Origin: Strigamia acuminata
Taxonomy: Eukaryota
Direction: 5' to 3'
Assembly (NCBI GenBank): GCA_949358305.1
Contig: OX442314.1
Coordinates: 26,908,001-26,972,000, forward strand
Length of the DNA stretch: 64,000 bases
Shown: piece after piece, positions 26,201 to 38,200 of the stretch
Layout of the letters: every line of letters begins with the position of its first letter
Numbering within the stretch: position 1 is the first letter of the stretch
Notes under the pieces: generated by a model
Told to the model about the DNA's origin: nothing
The model's database searches: none
The model's input: the letters and a program-made list of their open reading frames with translations, nothing else
Translations under genes and position numbers: made by a program

Positions 26201-29200
26201 TTGTCGGCCACCGGTCAAATGGGATCGCGTTCTTCTGCTGAACAACCGTTGTGCCGGAGAACCCAAACTCGCGCTTCTTGGAGTGTTTCTCCAATTCAGA
26301 AATGCCAATTGCAAATCTGTTCCGTCTTTATTGCATTTCTGAATTATATTCTTTACGCTTTGAACCGCCCTTTCTGCTAATCCATTGGCCCTTGGGAACC
26401 GCGGCGACGACGTTTGATGTAGAAATCCCCACTCTTTGGCGAATTGTGCAAACTCACGCGACGAGTATTGAGGACCATTGTCGCTTTCAACCACTTCTGG
26501 AATCCCATGAACCCCGAACCAGCGTTTCATCTTGTCTATTATTTCGCTAGACACTGTCGTATTTAATTCCGTCACCTCCGAAAAACCTGAATAACTGTCC
26601 GTGACTACTAAATAGTCTTGTCCTTTTATTTCAAAAAGATCCGTTGCCACTCTTTCCCACGGCAATTCCGGGACCGGCTTATTCATGATTGGTTCCTGAT
26701 CATTATCGCGTTGTGTGCTTTGGCATACACTGCATTTTTGCACAAATTCTTAAATTTCCGTGCTCATACCCAACCAAAATACTGCTTCTCGGGCTCGGCG
26801 AATTGACGACTGTATACCCAGATGCCCCAAATGAATATACTTCAAATAGTGTGGTTGCAGCTCTCTAGGAATTATTGGTCTGCTATTCTTGAACAATATT
26901 CCATTATATACTGCGATTTCATCTCGGAAACTCCAAAATGGCTTGACTGCCACTGGCGCCTCCTCTTTGCTTGCCGGCCAGCCCTTCAAAACAATTTCGA
27001 TCAATTGCTGACTCTCAAAATCCTCCTTAATTGCTTGTTGCAATTTTTCCATTGCCTCTCCCGTCATTGGCAACACAATGTGCACCTGCAACTCTTCGGG
27101 ATCTTCATCAGGCTTGACTGGCAGACAATCTCGGCTGAGTGCATCCGCCACCGGAATGTCCGTCCCTTTTTTGTAAATTATTTCTGGCCCGTAAGGTAAC
27201 AAATCAAAGAAAATTCTCTGCAAACGCGCCGGAGCTCGGTCTATGGTCTTCTTAGCAATGGCTTCCAGCGGCTTATGATCCGTCTCGACAATCAACTTCT
27301 TCCCATAGATGTAATCATGGAATTTGAAACACCCAAACCGAATAGCATACGCTTCCTTCTCTATTTGTGGGTATCTCTGTTGACACGACGTCAATGCCTG
27401 CGTCGCATAGCATACAGGTTTCCCATCTTGAAACAATGCCGCCCCCACCGCATGAGAACTGGCATCAACGGAAAGAACGACGTCCTTGTTGACATCATAA
27501 TATGCTAATACCGGTCTGGTCTTCAATGCCGCTTTTATCTGCATAACTGCCGACTCCTGATCGTGCGACCATTCCCAAGCAACCGCCTTCGGCAACAACT
27601 TGCGCAATGGTTCCGTCAACACCGAATAATTCGGCAAAAATTGCGCCAAGTACACCGTCATCCCTAAAAATCTTCTCAACTCGTCCTTGCACGATGGAGA
27701 TTTAAGCCTGTCGATCGCCTCGACCTTTTCGGGATCCGGTTTAATGCCGTCTTGCGTCAAGATATGGCCCAAAAATTTTATTTCTGTTGCCTCCAACACG
27801 CATTTTTCTTTGTTCAACCGCAACCCTTTTTCATAAATCCGTCGCAGTACCTTATTGACCAAACTCCTTAATTCGGCCAACGTTTCCGCAAACAAAAGTA
27901 CATCATCGATTGATACATCCGTGTTTGAAATCCCTTCTAGTATTTCTTCCATCATCTGCTGGAATACTTCAGGCGCGGAAATTAATCCGAACGGTAATCG
28001 AAGACATCGGTATCGCCCCCACGGCGTATTCACTGTCAAATAATTCGCCGTCCGCTTAGTAACCTTGGATTGCCAATACCCGTGCTTTAAATCCAGTTTC
28101 GCAAAATATTTCGCATTCTTAACTCGAGCCTTAATGTTTTCAAATGTCTTTAGCGGATAATGCCGTCTTTTCACGTGCTTGTTGACATCCGTCAGGTCGA
28201 TGCACAGCCGAATTTTCTTTCCGCGTTGTACAATGACTAACGGACTCACCGCTGGTGTTGGTTCCGTCACTGGCTCAATTACTTCCATTTTCACCATGCG
28301 GTCCAACTCTGCTTTGACTCGATCTTTTAATGTATGTGGAATTTTGCGCGGTGGATGTATTGTGAACTGCGTTGTCTCATCTATATCAACGTCATAAATA
28401 AAGTCCTTTGCGCATCCAAGTCCTTCAAACACTTGCTTCTTAATTTCCGCATCCGTTAACTCCGGATTTATCGTGTCCACACGCGTAACTAAATTCAATT
28501 TGCTGCACGTGTTTTTACCGAAAATTGCTGGCACTTTTTCATCAACAACTTGAAATGCCACTCGCGCCCGCATTTCCTTGACTTTACAATTAATGACAAC
28601 TTCACCCAGTACGGCCATATGATGTCCCGTGAACGACTTCAACTGCTTTGTGCGCGATGCATCTAATTGCAGTCCAAGCTTCCGTACTACAGCTGCTGAT
28701 ATGACATTGCATCTTGCCCCGGAATCCAATTTTATGTCCAGTTGCAACTTGTTATTTAGCTTAACTCGCTCATACCAGTCCTCATTGTCATCAATGCTGT
28801 CAGTAATAATTCTGCGTACCACCATGGTCCCGTACAATTCGTCATCATCATCCTCGTCCTCTGTCTCGGCTGCTATTGCGCCCACTTCCTTTTTTGTGGC
28901 TTCCTTTTTTGTTGAATTCGCCCTTTCTGCCTGCTTCATGCGACATGCTACCGCAAAATGCCCTTTCTTGTGACATTTATTACATTTCTGGTTAAATGCT
29001 GGGCATTTTCCATACTCATGCCCTCTGTTGCATCGATTGCAGGTTTTGGCGCCACCTGTGGACGATTTTTGGAACTGCGCCGGTCGCTTACCGGGTTTTA
29101 TAAAGTCCACTTTAATTTCTTCTGTTTCTTTTATTGTTTTTACTTGCTTTTCCGCACTCTCTGCTGCTCTAGCAATTTGAATTGCCTTTAGCACTGTTAA

Positions 29201-32200
29201 TCCGGTTTCTTCCAACAATCGCTGGCGCACCACTTCACTTCGAATGCCGCACACAATTTTGTCTCGCAACAGCCCATCTTCCAGCGCTGCAAATGCGCAT
29301 TTGGCCATTTTCGTCCGTGCATCGGTTAAAAATTCGTCAAACGATTGTCCTTCTTTTTGTATAAGGCGGAAGAACTCATACCTGCAAAACGTTTCGCTTT
29401 CTATAGGCTCAAAATGCGTTTTGAACTTGTTTTTCACCGCAGTTATGTCCTTTTTTTCTGCTTCAGTCAGCGCCAACGTCTTGAAAATTCGTCTGGCTTC
29501 TGGCCCAACACAAGTCATTAATGCTGCTACTTGAATTTCTGCCGATTGACCCACGAGACTCGCCGCCTTTGCGTACCAGTCGTACGCGTCGATCCACTCC
29601 TCCCATGCGGTCGCCATGCCGTCGCTGGAAATTATGAGCGGTTTCGGCTGTCGTATGCCTGCTGGTGGCCGTACCTGCTCTGCAGCCATCCTGCCTGCTG
29701 GTCCTAATCGCAGTTTCAACCAGATTTGACTGACTAATTGTCCGTTTTTTCACTTCTGACACCATGTAACATAACGAGATAAATCATGGCCGTGTCGTTA
29801 TGTTGAGACTCGGGCTAAAACCTGGCTCTATTGTTTATTCGTTAGTCACGCCACCACTTGTGGCAGCACCGTACAACAACATGTTACAATACCCAGCTTT
29901 GGAGAGCATACTCTAGCGAGTTTGACCTGATCTGGGGATATAATTGGCTGGTTCATTTGATACCGTGCCAGAAAAGTTGAATTTCTGCTCGTTTTATCCA
30001 GCATTGCCAGAAAATTTTTATTATCCAGCATTTGCCATACATTTTACTCAACATAGGATGAACTAGCCATTTGGAAATGAATAGTATGCATTCATACTAC
30101 GGTATTTTCATACTATGAAAGAAAAAGTTCTTTCTTCCGCAAATATTGTGTAAATTATTGCGTGTATTTTTAATTTGACAATTGATTGGTCGGTATTCAT
30201 GTACAAAAGCAATATTTCAATGGGAAGAGTTTATTTTTCTGTAATTCGCCTGGTACGCTTTAAAGGAAAGTAAAGTAAACACCGTGTATTCTCACCATCA
30301 GACCTGGTTTCTCGCAGCTTCCATTTTTCTGAAACTGCCACATCATAGAGAATCCCTCAGCCATGGATAAATCTAAATAATAATGTAATAATGTAATAAT
30401 GCAATAATGTAACTTGAAACTTATTTACTGTATCCAGTTCAGAAAAAAAATCCTTTTCTCACGAAATGTTATTGGAGATATTTTTAATTTGATGCTAGAT
30501 TGGCAGGAAATGACACATTCTATTGTTAATGATAATGAAGCATCGTAATACAGCATTTGTTATCAAAGTGTAATTTCTGAACCAACAATGCTAGACTAAC
30601 AATGTCAATCGACAATATTGTCTAGCATTGTTGATTAAGAATTTACAACTTGGAAGACGATGTCGCAACAATGCAACAAAAACAACAGATACCATATGAG
30701 GAAAGGACTTTTTTCTAGGGTCCGATTTAAACCACCCCCATTTTGGGGGGAAAAATAAACCCCCTTTTGGGGGTAAAAACTAGTCAAAATGGGGGTAAAA
30801 TAATATGTTGCCTTTTTTCTACTTTGCAGAGCAGTTTTTATTACCTGTTTTGAAGATTAAAGCAGCTCCCATCATTGTGTTTTTTTCACTGATCTCTATA
30901 TTGGAATTAGTTGTTACAATTTTGCCATTATTTTTAGTCATTTTAAAAATAGATTTCTTGTACTAAAAAAGAAATTTCTGAACTAAATACACTGGAAAAA
31001 AATATGGCTTTACAAATTGTAAATGTTCCAAAAGTTAATGTGGAAATGTGAGCTTTACAGTTTTTGTAAAGTTTTTCTTGTACTAAAAAAAGAAATTTCT
31101 AACTTAAATAAAATAAAGGAATAAAGCAAATCAGAAAGGAAATGAAGTGCTGAACTGTACTTTTACACATTGGCTGAAAGCACATTTACAAACTGTAGAC
31201 GCGCTAAGAATCCTTTGTTATATTTCGAATGTCCGAATCGAATAAAAGGATCACATGTTTAACGGAACACAAAATAAAATAACACGTCTTTACTCTTTGG
31301 AATGAATTTTACAACAAACGAAAAACATTCACATAACGTGCCTTCAACATTACAAACTTGTTCAACATGCAAAACCAATGATAATTTAACAATCTTGTCC
31401 TGATTTCTTGGCCAGGGATGACAAATGCATTAATAGTACAAACAGCGTTGAAATTTTTAATTTATCGTCTGTGTGGGTGTTTGTTTGTTTTGCTTAGCTT
31501 TGTTTTGCTTTGAATCCTCCAATGTGGCCTGGGAAGCCGGGATGTTTGACACCCCTGCTTTAGTTCATTGATTTATAATTTAAGTTTGTTTAATTTCTGT
31601 GTTGCGCCTAGAAATAGCATTGTTTGATAGCATTGTCTTTGTTTCCAATATTTAAAGTGGGGGCGCTTATTCATTGAGATCAAAGCTGTTGGTTTGTGTT
31701 GTAATGCTCCTTAATCATAGATGGCGCCAAAAGCCAGTTTTTATGTGAATTCATTACTCTCGTTTTGTAACAATTCCATGTAGAGATATCCTGCACAGGG
31801 GCGCCGGGCAGAGAGGGGCGCTGGGCAGTGAGGGGCGCTGGGCACAGAGGGGCGCTGGGCACAGAGAGGCGCTGGGCAGAGAAGAACTTCAGGCAGAGAG
31901 GGGCGCCGAACAGCGAGGGGTGCCGGGCAGAGATGGGTGCCAGGCGCCTCCTACAAAGAGTCTTCATGTGTGTTCAAATATAACCTGCACTTGTAGGCCC
32001 AATTAACCACATTGTTGATAGTGTGTAAAACACACGGGCTCCACAGGTCAGGGGGCGCCATTCCGGGTGACATTTTTTTTTAGTTCCGAAAATGCATTTT
32101 TAGTTCCAAAAATGCATTTTTATGTCCGAAAATGCATTTTTAGGTCCAAAATTTTTGGTTAAAATATATTTTTCACAAAAATGCTTACTGGTACTTCTTT

Positions 32201-35200
32201 TGGAGGGGGTGGGAGTGGGGTGCCGAAATAGTAAATCTAAAAATAATTTTTTTTTAATTACGACAAGGGGCAAGGGGCGCCTGATTTCTTTTAAGCCCAG
32301 GGCGCTGAAAAGTGTTAAGACGGCCCTGATCCTGCATAAAACCTGTGAATGTTTTCACTTGTAAACCTGGTTCACACTTGCGGATATGCTGCGGAATTGT
32401 TGCATCCGCGGTTTGCTACAATGAGCTTGTCGCGCTCAACTCTAACTGTCGCTAACTCGTGGTATGAGTCACTCTCTAATCTCGCAATACCGCTTTACTC
32501 AAGCGGTTACCCAAATAATGTGAAACGGCAAACAATGTAAAATGGTAAATATAATAAATGTATTTATTATATGGGAATTTACAGGTAAAAGGAATAAAAT
32601 ATGTAAGGGAATAAAGGTAAAAGGTTGGGGATGTGTGAAGTTGTCGGGAAACTGGTCGAGGTCGTCCTTTGTTGACGCTCTGGATCCAAGATGGCGTCCG
32701 CGTGGTAACGTGGTGTCGTCTTGGGCCGGCGTGGCAATGAATGGCGTCCTCGTCTCACGTTTCTTGTTCGGTCCTTCGGGCTCACGCTGGTCGGGCGCGA
32801 GTGAATGCCTAAAAGGTCTTACTTCTGGTCTGTTGTCTAGGTTTAGGGTTTTTTGTAGGTGTCCGGCGATCACACAGCGGCGGACTCTTCTGGCTCCCGG
32901 CGATCACACAGCGGCGGGAACGCTCGTCGTGGTTTTACTGCAGTTTAGGCTTGTGCGACCGTTTGTCTGCACAACTCGCTAAACTGGAGTGGTGTTTGCT
33001 GTTTCTAGCGGGTGTGCTAAAACAGCGCGGTAATCTTATCACGCAGGTTACTCTGCGGAGGTTAACACGAATCAAATGTACTCACGAAGAATATATCCTT
33101 TGTCCCTGGTCACTCCTAGTGCTTGACTTAGGCCTGATCGGTAGGACGGTAGATTTCTCGTGTGTTTCTTGTTTGATGGTTGTGTTGGTTCTGCCCGCTC
33201 AGTGCAAGGCACATTCCTTTGCACAAAGCGGGGTTGACAGGTGACCAGAATCACCCAATGGTGGGGTGGACGAGCCATCCCCACTCCCTCAGGGCAGACG
33301 CCTGTCCATTGACTAGATGTCAATGCACTGAGGGAAGGGAGACGCGCTTGCGGCTCCCCTTACACCCGAAACGAGGTCACGAGAGAAACTCTTCGTTGAC
33401 CCCGGTCCAGTCGGGTCACAACACTTCCCCCTCCGAGCTCAGACCGTGGGGCTGAGCGATCACTTCTTTCCTGGGGGACCCGACACTGAGTCCGTCACCT
33501 GGGCGTAACTCACTCCAGGGACAGGCGGTTGAGTGCCGGGTGGCGCGGGTAGATCGCCTACTAGCGCCGAGGACCGATCTCGGGGGTCCTCATGCTCCGT
33601 AATGAAGCATAATGCATGGCCGTCAACTGGCTCATGCGGGGCACGCGTCCTCTCGTGTAACCAAACGCTCGGGATGTAGGCGGAGAAGCCGGTGTTCGTA
33701 TGCCGGATGGCATTGGCTTCCGCTGGCGTCACTGGCGCACGGTGGGCTCTCAGCAACCTCTGGTGGAAGATGAGGTCTTTAGTCTTCCGGATCTGGTTGT
33801 GAAGCCAGATGAAGACCGATTTGCCTTTGTCCCGCTGCGCGAGGATAAACCTCCTGGTCGCCGTCGTCATCGAAAGATGGGGAAATTCTTCGATGATTCG
33901 CCCGTAATAATCTGGTGGAGGCGGTGCCGGCTGCGGCTTCTGGGTGGCCGCGGGAATCACGGCTTGTGTCGTTGTCGCCGCTTGGGCCGGTGGAGTCACG
34001 GGCGGGGTCGGCTTCGTTCGCTCGACGGACTTGACGGGTGGTGTTCGGCACAGCAAGCGCTTTGGTCTACCCGCCACTTCGAACAGGGCGGGTCCTTGCG
34101 GGGATATCTCCGCAGGCATCGGTGGCGGAATCGGAACTCCGCTCGTCGGCGAGATCATCATCTCCACATCCTCTGCCGATTCTTCCGTCTGGATGGTCAT
34201 GGCGCGTAGTTGTTGGGTAGGCGCCGCCGTCCAGGTGGCGGAGGTGTAACGAAACGCCGTGCTTCGCAACTTGTACCCCTCAAATTCGGGGTTTACCACA
34301 TCCCTGGTTAGCTCGTACCGAGTCAACACAGGGTCGGGCAGAATGGAGCTCCACTCTGCGAGGAGTGCACGGGGAACCTGTACACCCTCTCTGTCCACGA
34401 CAGACCATGCGGCCATCGCCTGACGCCCTTCTCCGAAGAGTGCTGGGGTTAGCAGCTGCATCATGACCTTGGTCAATGATAGCTGTAGGCTGCGACGATT
34501 CACTGGATTCGATCGCTCTGAATCCGCAGTGAAGGCACACGAGAGCTTACTCATCATCGCCGTTGCCCATTCGATGAAATATCGCTGGGCCTGATCCACA
34601 CCTCGCAAGGCGGGTGCGGAGACTCTTGGGTCTTCCATCACGAAGCGAAACGCTGAGAGCTCGGAGATAGTCGGGTTGGCGGCTTCTCTCGCGAGTCGCG
34701 CTTCTTCGTCTCGCCTCTCGAAGAACAGGGCCGAGGAACCGGGTCGGGGTCGGCTCGGCCTGTAAATGTCGGTCAAATTGGCTCGACATTCCTGCATAAT
34801 GCTCTGTCCAACGGGGAGAGGGACTGAGCGGTCGGTGTGTAAATTCGGCGGATCGCTCGAATTCAACAACGACGGCGGCGGCAGGTTCGGAGGCGGCTGC
34901 GTCTTGGTCGGCAGCGTTGGCGTCGGCAGCGGTGGTGGTGGCGTCTCCGTCGTCTGCACCCCAGTCATTGCGACTTGGGGCGCCGGGAGAGGTTGTTCGG
35001 AGCCCGAGGGCTGCACGATGGCGGTTGGCATGCCATCGGGTCGTGGTCGCGAATTTATGTAGTCTGCGAGCCACCTTGCCACCTCGTGTGGGGTCACCTT
35101 TCCGTCGGTGACAACACCCATCTTCCTGGCGTGTTTCATCGCGGGATCGAAACGTGTCAGTTTCGTCCGCTTCATCTGCGTCAGAATCTCGCGAAGGTCC

Positions 35201-38200
35201 CGCGTATCTGCCGCTGGGACGTGTCGCTCACCTGACTGGCTACCACTTCGTCGACCCGCTCTCTTGGAGACGTAGGCGGGTTCGGGGATGGGACGGCCCC
35301 GAGCTTCGCACCTCGCGAAGTATCGCTCCTTGCGATCTTTTTTCCGCTGCTCGCGATGAGTCAGCGGACGTCTAGAAGTGCTGGGACGAGAGACTCGCTC
35401 TTCGTCACCAGACATCCAAACCTCCTTGTACTCCTTACCGTCTTTAATCTGACGGTTTACGAAAATTCGCGGTCGGGAATACTGCGAAGGGTCACGCACT
35501 GTACTAGTGGATGGCCCAGCTTCGTTGCTTTCAGTCGTGTTTTGAGCGACACGCTGCTTCTTGGTTGTCACCGGGGAACGCGACTGGCTGTTTCCGGCGC
35601 CTTTGGAGCGCTTGCGCTTCCGCGGGTAGCTGCTTTTGGGCCCCAAAATCCCCAGGTGGTGGAGTTGCCACATCTCGGCTTGGGATGTTAAAATTCCCAT
35701 CCGAGGTCTTCACTGGGGCGTACTCTCTCCCAATCGCAGCCTCTCAAACCACAGATGAATATCATCCGCGGTCATCCCCTCGTTTTGGAGGATGCGCTCG
35801 GCCACTGCCGCAGCGGTATCTACCAGCTGTTGTCTATAATGCTGGTAGATGGCCTCACGGGCCTCTTCTGTCTCGGCTGCTCGCCACGCATGCAGCACGT
35901 GTTCCTCCGCCGGAGAGCCAGTGTACTGACTTGACAATCCGGGGTGGAAAATTGGCGATTTCGGGTCCTCGTCACGAGCTAACTCTGTGGCGATGCCTTC
36001 GCGCATTCCCTCCGGGAACGTATCCAGGAGCGTGCAGTCTCGTACCCAACGTCGGGCGATGCATCGGGAATGTAGTATTCGCAGGCGCCAAGGGTCGGCG
36101 TCTTCGCCGAAACATCGTCGGTAAAATTCGGGCAGCGCGCCTCGAAATATCCCGCCACGAGCGATGCAAGCGGGGTCTAATGGTCCCCATGTTTTACGTA
36201 GTGCCATCTGGAAGGATGGAGAAATAAACAATTAATAAAAAGTTAATATTTAAATACGTAGATAAATGGTTGGTTTCGAGGGACGTTGCCGATACGTGCA
36301 GCCGTCCGTCGAGACCGATTCCTGTCTATCGGTGCGAACGTAGGACGAATTGTCCCTCGTCGGATAGAGAAAGAGAAGTCATCACGTAAAAAAATCTGTC
36401 TCATGTCCAAAACGCACAGCGAGACGGAATCGAGCCTTTAATCCGGATTTTTATCATCAGATTTTACTTAAAATTAATTCTAACGTTAATTAGAACATTA
36501 CTAATAATTAAATTAATAATTATCAGTCATTCGTAAAAAGAATTCGTCGGGTGTAAATTATTACTAAAATTGCACAATAAATGTGCTTGTCGAAATTTTA
36601 TTAAATAAATAAATCTAATAAAGAATTATTCCGAAGTCGGACTTTGTCTAATTTTTTAAAAAAGTTAAAGTCAAATTAAATTTATCCAACACACCGAAAA
36701 ATTCATCGTACGAATGTTAAGTTGCATCAATTCGATGCGTCAAATTACTTGTGGAGAAAAATATTCTTTTACAGAATATTCTCCCCTTGTCATAAAATTA
36801 TTTATGGCTCGAGCCCATTGTCTCGCTCGTGACTCAAGTCATGAGGAATTTTCGAGACGCGAGGCGACGTGAAGTCTGCGCTCGCACCCCGAAAACAAAT
36901 TAACAAGGAAAAAATACGATCGTGTGAGCGATCGCGGTTAATAATTAATTAAACGCTATTGCGAGTGCAAAGCACTCATGTCAGGTATTAGTCAACAAAA
37001 TTTCTTCTTCAGCAGCATGGAAATAATTCTCATGCGCCGAGGCCGACTTCTACCTGATCGGGTGGCACTTGGTCCACATCGTGGTCCCAGTTCTCGTCCT
37101 CGTGCTCGATGGCAAGCACGTCGTTCTCTTCCTCGTCCATGGCGAGGAGCGCGCACAAAAAGCTCAATCACGATTACAAAAAAAAGGATGATAAAACTAT
37201 CTCAAAAAACTCGATAAAAACGTTAAAAACGAGGATCACGCACGAATGCAGCGATCAGCTGTGAAAAGCGGAAGTTCGTGTGAACACGAGGTAATCGCGA
37301 TGGATTCTGGGTAATATACTCCAGAACCCGGGTGTTTGAGACTAGTGCGCACCTACCCGTGCGCATGTTACGCTACGGGTCTCCTTTGTTCTCACTCCCG
37401 TGCGCGATTGCTGCTACGGGGTCTTTTGCACGCGGTATCCGACCCGTGCCGATAATTTTGCTACGGGTCCCGCGCTTCCACGCCATCTTGTGACGTGAAT
37501 TCGACCGATATCCGCTTTGTTGGACTTAGCGGAATTTTCTTCGAGTCTCGCAACGTGATGGCTTGCACTATCGGTCGATTAGAATTTATTTTTAGTGCCG
37601 CCATCGACTCGTAATTTATTTTATTTCTTTCCTACGACCTTTCCGCCTTCTATAAACGGATTATCTCTTTTTGGTCGCAGGTTACGGATCGAGGCAGGTA
37701 CGATATTTTTTGTTGTTTTTTGTGTCTGTACCTCCTCATTATTGTTTTCTTTTTTATCCGTGTTTTTTGTGTTTGTTTCAGGAGTTTCTCCTGTTTCCCC
37801 CCCGACCAAAATTGGATCCGGAACGGATTCAACTATCTCGTTTACCGGAGGTGAAGGGGCGTCGAAATACTCCTCGTTGTCACTTGGCGGTGCTTGTTCC
37901 GACTCGCCAGCGAACATATCGACGATTTGGCCGTCAGTTTTAGACTTGACTTGGCCCTTGGCCCACATTTCTTGCGGGAATTCCGGAATGTACGGAGTTA
38001 ACTCTCGTACCTGGATCGACTTTTGCTCGGTGTTGTCCTCGAGCTTGCGTAATTTATACGCGTTACCGCCATGCTTGCCGATGATTACATACGGACCATC
38101 TCTCTTGTCGGCCAAGCTGGCGGTGATCCCTCTCGCTGCATTTGAGAGGGTGTGTGCATCTTTCCACACCAAATCATTGATCTCGAAATTCACGAATTTC

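Noticed and set aside
30800..30830. Apparent TAG stop plus MULE insertion inactivating copy A
   Set aside because: A conserved GTAATA donor at 30844 ends exon 2 upstream in the phase required by exon 3, so both lie in the intron.
32499..33455. Short ORFs duplicated at 44939-45871 (and 5604-6454 / 18861-19711)
   Set aside because: They are duplicated only because they lie in LTRs; no recognisable protein features.
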